NCBI GenBank assembly: GCA_964106915.2
Contig: OZ066920.1
Direction: 5' to 3' (one strand)
DNA from: Podarcis gaigeae
Taxonomy: Eukaryota
Length of the DNA: 64,000 nucleotides
Positions within the stretch are counted from its first letter, which is position 1; each line of letters begins with the position of its first letter. The notes under the pieces were generated by a model. That model did no database searches. It saw only the letters and a list, made by a program, of their open reading frames with translations, and was not told the DNA's origin. The translations under genes and the position numbers were made by a program. This document shows, piece after piece, positions 37,466-51,060 of this stretch.

Positions 37466-40400
37466 AATACATAGACCTGCAGCACCAACTCTCCAACAGA
37501 TCTTGTTCCCCAATTAGGTTTCTAAGGCCCCTTTGCCCACCCACTGAGCCATAGCTTTGGATTTAGCACAGAGAACAAGCTAAGTATCTGTGTTTTCTCA
37601 GCAGAAGAGAGGATTAGCTCAGCTCTATTGTTTCCTGATATCACCTCCAGCCAATGTGGTGGGGTGTGGGGAAGCTTGCCCAGTTTAGCTCTCATCTGAA
37701 AGCATCTCCAGCTGGTAGTTTCTCCAGCAGCCAGTCACCTATATGCTTTAGTCTCGCAAAGAAATCATTAGCAGATCTGGCTGTCGCTATGGACTTAAGA
37801 AAGAGACTCGTTTGACCACTTAGTGGCCTCACTTTCAACAAAATCCCATATTACAAATATAAAACCACAGACTTGGAGGGGACCCAAAGATAGCATCCAA
37901 AACAACCAACCACTCTCCCCCACCAGTTGTAAAGTGGTAGGAAATCCTTTTTGCTTAATAGAACAACATGACCTATGTCAATATATACAGATCATTCTGT
38001 ACTAATACAAAAATATGTTGAATAATGCCTGCAGTATGAAAACTAGGCATGCCATTTCCAGTTAAGTTCCATAATAGCACCGAGGGTGGCAGGCAACATG
38101 GGAAGATCCCCAAGAGCTGTGTGGCTTGGATGGTTTGAACAACCACAACTTACCTCCCATTCTTACACAGGAGGAGCATAATTATTTTCAAAGAGTAAAT
38201 GCGTAAAATGATGAGGAGCCATTGCTCTAGCACTGTTATAAGATGCTAACTGGTGATGTATTTAATCCCAGAGATGCTTGACATTCAAAGAGTGAGTGAT
38301 GTACGGCAGAGCATTTGTATGGGCCATCTGGAGATGTACACCAAACTCCACACTTGATGAGGAACTGAAACTTCTGATTCCAAGACCTAAATATGCATCA
38401 ATCTCCGCTCTGGTTTTAATTGATTCCTAACAAGAAGAATTTTGGCAAACCGCAACATGCTTTTGTGTGAAATGCCTCTGTTGTTACAATATCATAAATT
38501 GTTTTTAATCATTTGCACATATTATCGTGTGATGGCAACCACAGATCTGTTGAAATGAATATAAGATTCTGATTAGGGGAAAAATGGTTTTGAAACTTAT
38601 TTATTTATATTTTCAAAATGGTTTTGCAACTTATTTATTAATATTAAAACTTATGTATTTATATATATTATAGTTAGTTAGTTATTTATATAATATAAAT
38701 TTATTTATATTATATTATTTATATCAATTATATTATATTAACCTGCTTTTCATCAAATGAACTATACCAGGACAGGGTACATGAAAAACCAGTACAACAA
38801 ATTCATAAACAGAGAGAGAACTCTCCCCCCAAAAAAGAAACCTCTTACCATTTACTTAAAAGATTCAACATGTTTTCTTATGCTCTGGGATGTTACAGGG
38901 CAGTAATTTGTAAGATGGAAATTATGAATATATGTTTGCTCTCCCATTAGCTTTTACAGAATCTTTTCCTGTGTACAGGAATGCTGCTAATGTCCTCAGG
39001 AGCATGGACTCTTCTTTTAATTTTTGTACATTTCATGTGAAGGTCTGAAGTGGGTTTCTGAATAAATTCAGCTGGGCACACTTTGAAGCCTCCCTGTGAT
39101 GAGGAACACTGAAGACTTTTCAAATGAATGCCTTTAGAAATACTCTTTAGACCTTTGTACTAAACATGTAAAAGTCTGATGAGGAACCTGTGCACCCAGG
39201 AATGTTGGGGACCAGCCATGAGGGCATGCCTGACCCCCCACACCATTCTTGGTGAATAGGACCCGTGTTGCTCCCTAACCTACCAGTCCAACTAATCTGT
39301 TATCATCCACCCAATCATTCCCTTATTCCCATCCAGGGAATAATGCACCCCAGTGCCCCTGGTTTCATCTTTGAAGCTGGAGGGCCCTGCTCCTTCCTAC
39401 TTGATATGGGACATAATTTTGAATGAACTTCCCTGGGAGACCAACCTGAGGCATTAGATCATACCATATTTCTATATACAAAAAAAACCTCTAGCCAGCC
39501 CCAGTTTACAATGTGCTCAGAAGCTCTCTCATTCTCTGTTAATCTTGTATAACATGCAAAAATGAGTGTTGATTTCTGTAAAGTCCTGGAATTCATTACT
39601 ACACCAAACAATGCACACGAATTTGTCCATGACTTTGCCAAGTTACAGAGAATAGATGAACAGCTTGGATCTTTTTATCGGCATCCCGGAGAGGGGTGGT
39701 ATTATTTGGCAGGGGTGGGGGGGTGCTCTGGGCCTCTGTGTTCTTTCTGCTACTAAAGAGCAGCCTTGTCATGGAGCATCCTTTGCTGGAAAGAGGAGCC
39801 AAGAAGATGGCCTTGGCAAAATAGAGGAGAAGCTGCAGATGCCCTGTCTGCTTATTTGGTGCTGCTGGTGGCAACATGACAAGAGACTAGAACCCTGCTT
39901 AGTGGAGCCTGTGCTGAGCATTTCACTTTCCTGACAATTAATCTGGAAATCTTCCTAACTTATACATCTGCTCATCTAATTAACACACTGCGGGATAAAG
40001 CTAAGTAAAGATGGACTGAAAAGAGGATAATTTGTTCTTTTTCTCTTTTTTACTTGCATTTCCCTTAAAGCTTTGGGAGATTCCCCTGCCTTTGCCAACA
40101 AGTGTTTGGCTGCCACAGAGACAGACAGATGTGTACCTCTCCACCCAATAGTCACATCTGTGCTCTCTGTGCCCCATTAATGCCCTACCTACCTGTATAA
40201 TATAGCACTGGACTGGGTCTTTAAAAAAAAGGTGTATGTGCAGCATTCAAGAGTTATGGCTCGGTTTTGATTCTACTCAGCTGCTTTCAGTCCACCTGAG
40301 TTCTCACAGATCTTTTCCAGTCGTACTTCTCAGAAAGTCTTTTGTTCCAAAGTGTACTCTCTAAATTTGCATTTTGGTGGAGCTGCCAACTAGAGAATGC

Positions 40401-41519
40401 AAGCAATGAATGCCAGGTCAACTACATTTATAGCCAACAAATATTTGTTTCCTTTGCAGGTATGGGGAGCTATAAAAATTGGTTATAATATCCAATACAT
40501 CTCTGTCTGTGTGCTGAAATGTAAAGTGTGAATCAGAAGCATGGATTTTATCTGCAGTCATCTCTGTATATTGGAGCATATGCTTCAGTTTGCGCCATAA
40601 GTAGGATTTGTAAGTTTCTCTCGCCCCCCTTTTCTTTTCTTTTTGTGCAGGTATCCATAAAAGGTAATGTCCAAATACACACTGAGGGTTGTATCCACTT
40701 TTAGTCAGAGGAGACTCGTTGAAATGAATAGGCGTGTCCTTTCTGAGCAGCTGGCGATAACCCTAATTCTATTATTTACGCCGCATGACATTTTCTTTTC
40801 TTTTTTCTTAGCATTTCCATTGGACTGCACCATTATTCCCTCATTAGCAAAGAAAACTGCAAGGGAATGGCATAGATTAACTACCTATTCAAAGGCTAGA
40901 AATGTAAGCAAATGTATTAAGGAATTAAATCCCATTGAATTCTGTGGATTTGCTCTTTGATCACTTTGCATGCTGCTGCTTTTTGCAGTGGGACATTGGG
41001 ATTCTTCTCAAAGTGCAAACCTTTGAGAAAAACACCATACCAGGGACACAGAGGATAAACATCTTTAAGGCAGTTAGTTCCTCTTGAGATCGCACACTAC
41101 TTCAGAGTCTTCATGCTTCAAGACATACATTAGCCAGGGCTTGTTCTGTACCTCTGTCCCATCCACTTGAACTTCATTTTCCTTTCTGCCTCACCAAAGA
41201 TATTTATCTTTGCTGCCATTGCCATAGAGAAGCCAGATTGGAGGAAGGAGACAGACAAATGTATATCGCATCAATGGAGAATTCATTGCAGCGGGAAGGT
41301 GCAGAATACAGTGGGGGACAGAGAAATGGAGGAGTGGCTGGAGAAAACATGCAGAAATATGCATGAGATTGAGAGACACAGGGGAGTCGTGGTCATCAAA
41401 ATGCAAAGCATTATTTAGTCCTACTCTATGTTTATGACTTCGCTGGTTTGAGGTGCACAGACTGATATATTTGCTCAGTTCAGAGAAGAGGCTGGATGAA
41501 AAACAGAACAAAATATTTT

Positions 41520-41905
41520 CCAAATAGTCCACCGAGGTTGCTGAGTGGAGTCCTCCTAACAGTACCACAGTCTATTGAGGTTGCGTTGGCCAGGATTCAA
41601 AGGAGGATCTTTGTTGTGGCACCTATTTTGTGGCATGAACTTCCTATGGAAACCAGGCGAGCATCAATGATGGGTTGCTATTCTGGGCAGTTTGTTGTTT
41701 AAAAAAATCTCTTTACCCTGCTAGTTTCCTGACTGTTGACATCGAGTATGTTTATGTTTTGTTTTGTTCTGACTGCTATAGCAGCTACTGAAATTATATG
41801 GCAATCTGGATGTTTTAACTGTTATTTGATTATCTTAAAGCTTTATGTATATTATGATCAGCTTTGAGAATTCCAAATGAAATTGGGGTATAATTTTTTA
41901 AGATA
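41520..41905 (+). mobile_element. Old L2 LINE 3' fragment
   Basis: RIFVVAPILWHELPMETRRAS resembles the L2 ORF2 end (RAFSVVAPxLWNxLPxExR). A T-rich UTR and an ggggtataa terminus follow. Confidence 0.7.
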
Positions 41906-44900
41906 AAAATAAGAAATATGAATAAGTAAATGAATAAGATCTTTCAAAAGAAGCATCAGTAAAAAGGGAGGAGTACTGCGAACACACACCAAAGGGCTGC
42001 AATAGCACTTTATTATTACTATTATTATTTATTACATTTGTATATCCCCTTCATCTATAGATCCCAGGGCGGTGCACATAATAAAAATACAAGATAAAAT
42101 TTTTAAGCATATTCAACCATTCTTTGATCCTGACTTCTGATGCCATATTGGGTCTGTGTTTTCAGTAGGGTCATGACCACTTTTGCTGCCACATGTTATT
42201 ATATAGTTGCCAGAAAGTCAAGTGCAGAAGAGGGATTAGCTTCAGAATTCCAAAGGTCTTTAAGCCATCTAGGTCCATTTGAAGCACTTCATCATGTGCC
42301 CTCAGATTTTTGAATGACACCACCTGGTTGCACATCTCAGTGGTCTCAAAGCCTCTGAGCAAAAAAAAATCTAGAAGACTCATGCTTCTCAAGGATATCT
42401 GGCTATTAGTTAGTTGATAAAGAAAGTTAATACTCCCTTTTGCTAAGTGAATTATATTTTCTCTCCTCAAATATCCACCTGTGATAGAGGTTTAACCAGT
42501 GGTTCAGGTAGAGTATCCGTGGCTGATCCCAGCATCACATTTTCATCCACATTTCCCATATGATTTCCTTATGTTCTTATTACCTTCCTATTTGCTAGGC
42601 ACAGGATAATAGAAAAATGGAGATAATGAAGGATACAAAAACATTCATTCTGTCATGGATGGATATTTGATTTTGGTAATGAACAACCAAGGCTCTAATA
42701 TAATTGGCAGACTTACTTGCCTGTGCGTGGGCACTTAAACAGAGAGGGTATTTTGACAGCCCAGCATTGATTAAATTGGTCTTTAATTGAAGTAACCAAG
42801 TCTTAGCAATGCTGTAAATACTACATTAATTTCAAAACAGTGTTAATTGCAAAACATTTATTAATGAAAATAATTCAACATTATTTTCATAATTGCTGAT
42901 TAAGAAATTGTTTTGGTCTTAAACTGTAATTACATAGCAATTATATTTTGTTTCGTTATAAATATACTACAAGTATGCTACAGTTACCACTGTATGCTAC
43001 ATGAGCCACAGTCTTTCCCTCCACAGTGGTGGCTGCTTAATTAAAATATTAATGTTGTCCTCATATTCACAATACTTCCCATACTTTATACGTCGACATG
43101 CAATGTAGTGCATAGTGTGTCAGACACACTTCAGTTAATTTCTGGAAAAATAAAATAACGTGCAAGCAAAGTAACTACCACAGTGGTGTTTTTCTCTCTG
43201 CCCAGGCAATGTCAGATTAGTGATGGAGCTGGCATCACACGGCACTTATGGAAGAATATAGGGTTACAGAGAATGGATAGTCCTTGTCCTGTTCTAACTT
43301 GGCGCAAGGTTCCAAGGGGCAGCCAGGCTAAAGAAGAGGCACTTACTAGAATGGCAGGATGATCAAGTCCAGAAAAGAAGAAAAAAGAAGTCCAATGGTC
43401 AAGTAGGCTATGCTGGATCACAACCAGCAAGGGAAGGGAAGGTCTGTCAGGACCCAGGAGAGGTCACTGTGGCAAGGGCTAACTGGAAGTCACCCAAAGA
43501 GAGCTGTTGACTCAACAGCATGCTGAACTCTTCTGAAGACTAGTTGGTTAGCCGGCTGGTAACTTCATACACTCTGAGCTGCAATCTGTTTTTTAAGGGC
43601 CATTGCTTGATTTGGTAGCCTCTAGATCCTATGCCATGGGAGCAATGAGAACTTCATCAAGGGTGTGCCCTCTGAATCTGAAAAAAAAAAAATCAGGCAA
43701 AACAATGCCCTTTGACTTGAATGGTCCTGGAGTAGGGGGTGATGCCTGCCTAGGCAATTCCTTCTTCCCTTCCCTGAATCTTCCTCTGAGCCAGAAGGGC
43801 ACTGAGGCCAGAAAGCATTGTGATTGTCTTCAGTTATGTGATTGTGCCTTGGATACACTCCAAAACTCCACATGGTTCAAATGCATGCAATGAGTTCCAT
43901 GAAAACAGAAGGGCCCTGAGCTCTTTATACAAGAGGACATGCACAACACCAGTGTGCCTGCAAAGCATTCCAGAAACTAAAGAGACAAAGAGTCCAGTGT
44001 GCATATTGGAGTCCCAGCATATATCTCCTAGCTATCAGACTGGTTTAGGTCTGACCTGAAATCTATATATGTGTTGAGGAAGGGGATTATTTTGATGTTT
44101 GCTCAGGGGTCTGTGATTTTTCTCAGCACACCAAAACATAATGGTATATTTCAAGGGCGAACATGTACTTCGTGGAGAAGAAAACAACATGTCATGTAAC
44201 TTGTCTACCCATCACCTCAAAATGGGAATCCAGTGTTTGATTTTGTTATTAAATGAAGTGCAAAAGCATGGCTAGGGGTGCAGGAGTGAGATGTTTGCTC
44301 TGAAATCAAATCTAGAGGGTGTATTCTAGTCCCAATTTTGCCCAATGTTTACTTGATTTCTTACATTCCAGATTCAGGGATGGAATCTTCATGGGCTTTT
44401 AACATAGGGTTGTGTCTATGAGATTATAAAAGCTAGACTGTATAAACCAGGTACAGCTTTAATTAAAGAGAGGCTAACCATCCTCTCACCCCCAGAAAGT
44501 ATCTTCATAATGAATAGATGAAATGCCCCACTGATAACTTCTACTATGGATTCATTCCTTCATTCCCTTTTTTCTTTATCCCTTCAATTTCCAATCTACA
44601 ACTGAAACTTCTACAATGTTTTATTGAACTGGATATCAGAAGACATCAATTTGCGACAGCCTCATAAAAAATAAAATAAAACTGTGATACAGAAGAGAAA
44701 CCGCTGTATCAGACACACTTCAGTTCTCTTCTACCCCTACCTCAGTGCTCCCGTCAGAAATATCATCAGCCACTGAGGCTGGAAAACAAAATCTCAACTC
44801 AAATGCTATTAATACAATAGTCTGAAACTTTCAATACATCCTATGCCTGTTCTAAAATTAAATATTCATTGGTAGCAAGCTTATGTAAAAGGGTGCCAGA

Positions 44901-46124
44901 GTTCAAAACAGGAATGCGTATAGGAGATAAAGAGGCAGACGGAAGGGGAAAGAAAGCAGTAGAAACGAAGACTGTGGCCAGACTGTTCTGACTCTGATTG
45001 CCGTGGATGTTACCAATTTGAACGCATGTTAGGGATACATAGCTGAGGAAAATCCGTGTAAATTGGGGATCACAAGTCATATGCTTTAATTAAAAAAAAT
45101 ACAGGGAGCTTTTATGGTCATGAAATGGGATTTCTAGTTCTGTCTTTCAGCCTTCTTATCACACATGTATTACGTGCATTTTGTCAGGCATTGCCAGAGA
45201 GGTGCAGGATGATCAGCTTGCATAGCAACTGAATTATGCCCATAATTAGGCCTAGAGTCAGTAGCTTGATGTTGGGCAGTAAATTGTATATGTCTCCTTT
45301 TTTTGGTTCTTCACTTAATAGACCTTTGGCAATAGCTTATTGTAGCTTATTGTAACAGACAATGGATCAACATTGAAGTGTTTATCTTGTGATAATTACA
45401 CTGCTTTTTAAAAGATAAAATAAAATGAGAGTGTATTATCAAATGGATTTGCAGCAGGTACTACAGTCGAAGCTCCGGATTGGATACTGGTTTCTGCAGC
45501 TTGAAGCCATTTGCTTCAGCTCCAAAAAAAGAAAAAGCCTTTAAAATGCCACCCAAATAAATAGATGAAACCTTGCCCTTACCAGAGTATTGCAATGGCC
45601 CCAGTTGGCCCTTTAGGAGCCAGGAGTGGGGAGAGCAAGGGCACTGCTATTGGCAAATCACTGATGCCCCCATTACCTCAGTTAGAACAGATACCAGAGC
45701 ATGTGTTGTCCCCTTTCATCAGCACTTGGCCTGCATTGCAGCACTTCAAAGGGTTGGACCATATGACAAATCTAATCTAATCTGGGTTGTGCTTTAGTCT
45801 TATGATTTGCAGATGTTCAGATCCTCTCCACATTCATTTTCAAGAGAAGAACTGTTCTCCTTCATATATACAGTATTGCTTATGGTTCATGCTGGGTGCC
45901 AACCTTATCACCTGATTGGCTTTGTGTCTGAGATACCTTTTGGATAGACCATTAGGTCGAAGAGAAGGAATAAAACAGCCAATTAAACATTCGTGTATCC
46001 TGTGTAACTTAATAATGCCCACTTTTTCTCCCCTTCCACACCCTTTTACATGCTGCATTTGAAGAACTCTGTCCAAGAATATCACTAGATGGGGGGAAAT
46101 GTGTGCGCACACACACACACGCCA

Positions 46125-46352
46125 NNNNNNNNNNNNNNNNNNNNNNNNNNNNNNNNNNNNNNNNNNNNNNNNNNNNNNNNNNNNNNNNNNNNNNNNNNNN
46201 NNNNNNNNNNNNNNNNNNNNNNNNNNNNNNNNNNNNNNNNNNNNNNNNNNNNNNNNNNNNNNNNNNNNNNNNNNNNNNNNNNNNNNNNNNNNNNNNNNNN
46301 NNNNNNNNNNNNNNNNNNNNNNNNNNNNNNNNNNNNNNNNNNNNNNNNNNNN
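46125..46352. other. N-run, 228 nt
   Basis: Unknown bases; length = 8n+4. Confidence 0.99.
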
Positions 46353-47846
46353 TTGTGCTTATACATTAAGAAAAATGTACCTGGCATTCCCTTGGACATG
46401 ACCAGACCCCATAAAAAAGAAAGCATTATTAATAGTTGGTTGTAATGCATTTGTGGCAGCGCATCTGAAATTCTGACCTTTAGCATGTTAACTGGCTCTT
46501 TTTATCTGGTTCTCTGGCTGACTAAGCCACAACAGTAGCCTGATTAAATGTAGGGAACCAAAGGTTTGTTATCTATACTTCTTAAACAGAATCCTAACTT
46601 TTCTTTCCCCATATGACCTAGAAGACATTTGCAAAGGAAATATGAAGCCGTAAAATGAAAATAGCAATAATCAGTGTTTCATATGGGATAATTTGATTAT
46701 CTATTTGATAATCTGTTTGATAATGTGATGTGTTTTCATATGGGGCAATTTAATTATCTGTGAGTAGAACAGGGACCTCTGCTCTCTAGTTTAACCTGGG
46801 TTGGTACAAATCCTTTTTGCCAGGATGTAAGTAATTGCACACACCCCACCTAAGCAAGAGAGTGGAGATTTCAGGTCACTAAATAGTTTGACCTTGGACT
46901 AATCACATACCAATAATCTGTGAAAGGTGTTTCTTTTAAAAAAAATAATAATCCTGTATTAAAAATTTGATATCCCACTTTGGTTTCCCAAAGCAAATCC
47001 ATACTATCTAGCAATAAATAAATACTCATAAAAACATACTGTTACATGCCACTTCAATCTCTATAAGTGGTGCAAGATTTTGGGGGTTGAAGGTCACTTC
47101 CCATGATCTGTGGTCTTTTGGGACAATGAGACATAGTGAAGATGGTAGTGTCTTTATGTTATATGCTTTTATTTACTCATATATACAACCTGCACCTAGA
47201 TGGACAGATTGCAGAGCATTCACAGCCTATGAGTTTCTGGCTCCCCCCAGCATTGGATTCAAAGGACAGCAAAAAGCCATTCTCTATGTCTCTCAGCCTG
47301 TCATCCCCAGCTCACCCCCGCCTTCTCATGATCATGATCATAGAGTGAGACAGTATCATATTGAGTGCTGGAACAAAGTCATCCCAATAAGAATGGCAAC
47401 TATCCTGAATTTCCAAATGTCATATTAATATATACACGTGGGTTTCATGATTCAAAACAGAGCAGCATACCTTGCTGTGGTCATTGGTGGTGAGTACCTC
47501 TTGCCTAGTACAACAGCATGTATGTAGTTTGTACTGTAATGTGAGAAGTTTAGCATCTGTTTTTGAATGTTAGGGGTCACAAGAATTTGCAGGTGCAACA
47601 AGAATGGATGGTGACTTGCACAAGCTGCTCAGTTGTTTGACAGCAGGGCCTGGCATGGTGGGGTCATGGTAGAGCAGTTCTAGGGTAAAGTATGACAAAA
47701 ACCTTTACAAATAATAATATTCAACCCTCCTAGTCTGCCAGACTTTTATCTGGTCAGATTTCTATGTATTTAAGGGAAGACAATATCTGCATTTAAGTGT
47801 GGTTCTATTAAATACTGTGAGATTTCATGGCTCAATGGTAGAACAC

Positions 47847-47945
47847 ATTGTTGTTGGACTCCAGCTCCCATCAGCTTCAGCCAGTATGGCCAAGACTCAG
47901 GGATAATGGGCACTGTGGTCCAGCAACATCTGGAGACTGTCTGTG
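47847..47945. mobile_element. Diverged palindromic hAT MITE (partial)
   Basis: tgttgttggactccagctcccatc...gggcactgtggtccagcaacatctggag. Confidence 0.7.
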
Positions 47946-49893
47946 GATGAGGGTGGAGATTCTGTTCGTTCGGGCTGCGCCACTTTTTCCCCTGCACCAT
48001 TCTATTTCCCACCCTCTCCCTCACACACACTGCGGCGACGCCTCCTCCCTCCCTCCTCCTGGCTTCTCCCCGCCCTGCCTAGAGGAGGAAGGGGGCTGGG
48101 CTGAGCTGGCTGAGTGCCATTTTAAGCAGCCTCTCTTTGGAGCCAGCCCTTTTGTGCCACTCATCTTCTCTCCACTGCCACCGCCCTGGTTCTCCTGTGG
48201 GCCAGAGAGCAGCGGCGGTGGTGGTGGTGGCAACAGCCCCAGGGAAGGTAAGCACAGCAACTGGGGCTGGGGGTGGGGGGTGGGGAGGAGGACTACTTGC
48301 CCCCCTTGCCTTTTCTTCCAGCTCCCCCCCCCCCCAGTGCCACTTCTCCGGCCTGCCACAAGGTCTGAGGGACAGTGGACCAGCCAGTGGCTAAAAAATT
48401 TTACCGACCCCGGGATTGTGTTATTCAAAGCAGTCCCATCAGGAGGTGCTGGACTATAAGTGATGGGAATACATGAAAGGTCTTTGCGAGTAAGGGTGTG
48501 TTCACATTACCAGCTTAAAATGAATTGGGGGTTATCCACCCCACCCCCCGCATTTCAATCACATTTACAGGTCATTGTACACATTAGTAAGGTTGGATAT
48601 GTTTTCTGTTTGGCCGCTGTCTGTCCACACCAGTGAGCAAAGAGGGGAATGAATGTCTTCATGTGGTTTGTTTTCAAACTGGATCAAATCTGGTTTGGGG
48701 GAAATGCATCAAAATGCAGTATTTCTCAAGAAACTACAGGATAGAAATGGATTGTGGCTAAGGTTGTGTGTACATGGCTTCACTAACCACCAGTGCAAGC
48801 ATACTGGATGCAGAGTAAATGCATCCTGAGACAACTGAGCTGCAATAGGTTGCGGTCATTTTCATTTGGCAGGTGATGGCTACAGTCAAAGAGAAGTAAT
48901 AGAAATAGATTCTAATGTTCTGCCACTCAGGTGGCCACTCAGCAAGTTTGCGCATTCTGAGTACCACATCACTCACCACAGCACTGAAAATTGGCACACT
49001 CATCAGAAGCTATAGTGAAAGAGACCAAAGCAGCACCATTAGTTCTAGTCATGGGGATGAATGAAACAAGAATATTATTATACATATGAGTTCAAGCCAA
49101 ACATTGGGAACTACACTCCTCAGAACTTGCTAGATATGATTACATTAATCTCTATCATTCCACTCCCTAAATGGAAACAGCAAAGTAGTTATCCCCACTG
49201 AAAAATAGCAGAACATATTTTCCAGTAAGCAGTTAATAAAACATGTCTATGGTACATTGTAGAAGGCTTCCAATGAATAGGCCTCACTCTTGAGCCAGAC
49301 TCCGGTGGAAACAAGTGCCAAAAGACAATGAGGCAGATGAGCATTATATGTGTATTAGTGCTGAAATGAAAAATTGCACCAATTCAGAATCTGACAAGTT
49401 TCATGCATTCACAATTGACAAATTTGGATTTGAACATACAAATGGATATGGAACCAGGGTTTCAGGCACAAAATGGGAGTGCGGCCAAACATATGTTTCA
49501 CCAAATAAAAACTTGTCGGGGGGCCTGGTTTTGTGGCAAAAGACAAACTTCACATTTGCAAAAGCTGCAAATGGATTTTTGTGACCTTTTGCAGCATGCA
49601 GCGAATTTATTTTAGAATTTATATCGCACTTCTCCACATATTATTTAACCCAGCTGTTCAGAGCATTTGTGAATTTTAGTTTGAATGTATTGTCATTCAT
49701 ATTAATGGCATTACAGATGTTTGCCCCTTAGAAAGGACAGTGTGAGGGGAAAAGTTCACTCAAGCGTCATAAGGCAAGACCCAGCCCTGGATTCATGTTT
49801 CTGCTATGACCAAACATAAAACACCACAAAACAATATTTGCAACAACCAATATATGCAGTGCTGCACAGTGATACTTGAGAAAATGAAACTGG

Positions 49894-50534
49894 TGTCACG
49901 ACCTCTATCTGGGCAGCAACTTAGAGTCATGAGATGAGGAGAGCACAGCCAGAACAGAAGGAATAGCCAAGGAGACCATGTAAAAGCGAGGCCTTGACAC
50001 AAGCCATGAAACCCAGCCAAGAGTATGTACACCAAGAGACTCCTGAGCAGGAACCCCCAGAAACCACAATCTCTGAGCCTGAGGTCCCCACCTGGCAATG
50101 GGTAGACAATGAGCTAGGAGGGAATTCATGAGAGGCAATGAGTGCTAGGTCCCAGGCCAGGAGACTGCTCTAAGCTCTCCAGGAAAGAAACAGGGCCTGA
50201 GAGGGGGTGGTCTGAGAAGAGTAAATGGCCTCATTTAGGTCTTTCCCCAGGAAAACCTGAATTGCTGTTCGCTTCAATTCACGGAAAGCAGTAGGAGAAG
50301 AGGAAGTGTGTATAAGCCCTCAATTGGAAATGTTGCTCCCCTGGAGTTCTCCAGGGTCCTGTAACTCCAGGTTTACCTGCTTGCTTGCTAGACTGCTTTA
50401 TTTTAAGACACTCTGGTATCTGCCCCCTGGGTTATTGCTTTTGGTCAGGACAGAACAACTGACCATAAGTGCCCCACACATTTTGTTTGGGATCTGCCGT
50501 AGTAGAAGAAGCTGGCTTGACTGTTGACGTCACA
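49894..50534 (+). mobile_element. Probable solo LTR (Gypsy-like), old
   Basis: About 640 bp of higher GC bounded by TGTCAC...GTCACA, with a TATA-like gtataag at ~50310. No clear TSD. Confidence 0.45.
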
Positions 50535-50649
50535 GGTTCTACAGAAGTACCTGGTCAATATTTCAGCATTGAAATATTGGTTGATATGGCCAAATGTGAA
50601 GTATTAACTTTCTAGGAATCATAGGCAATTAAGCATACTCCAAAGGTTT

Positions 50650-50870
50650 CAGAGGAGTAGTGTTAGTCTGTTGCGGTATTCTGGCCATAGTGTTCTGGAC
50701 AACTGCAGTTTCCAAACTGCCTTCAAAGGCACTCCTATGTAAAGGGCACCCAACCTAGAAGTGACCAAACCATAGATAACTGTGGCTAGATTATTTCTGT
50801 ACAGGAGAGGTTGCAAAAACAGTGTGCCAGACTCAACCAACAGAAGGTCCTTTATGCTGCTGAGCCTATT
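50650..50870 (-). mobile_element. Old L2 LINE ORF2 fragment
   Basis: Minus-strand LATVIYGLVTSRLGALYIGVPLKAVWKLQL. Confidence 0.8.
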
Positions 50871-50939
50871 TGAGCCTAAGGTGATAAAAACCAATCTAAC
50901 AGCCTTCCCATATTGCACATCTGATCTTTTAGATGAGTA

Positions 50940-51060
50940 CAACCCCAGCATCTTCAGGTAGGGCCAGGGAGAGAGGCCTGGTTGACATCCTGGAGAATTA
51001 CTGCCTTTTAGCTGGACAGACCAATGGTCTGACTCAGCATAAGGCTGTCTCATATGTTTT
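50940..51060 (+). mobile_element. tRNA(Ala-like) SINE body and tail
   Basis: cagcatcttcaggtagggccaggg...gaccaatggtctgactcagcataaggc; same family as 1525-1704. Confidence 0.7.

Noticed and set aside
39562-39756. 64-aa ORF with a protein-like start (MSVDFCKVLEFITTPNNAHEFVHDF)
   Set aside because: No convincing splice signals or homology; compatible with chance.
47848-48459. 203-aa ORF
   Set aside because: It starts in a MITE and runs through low-complexity GC-rich sequence where stops are rare.
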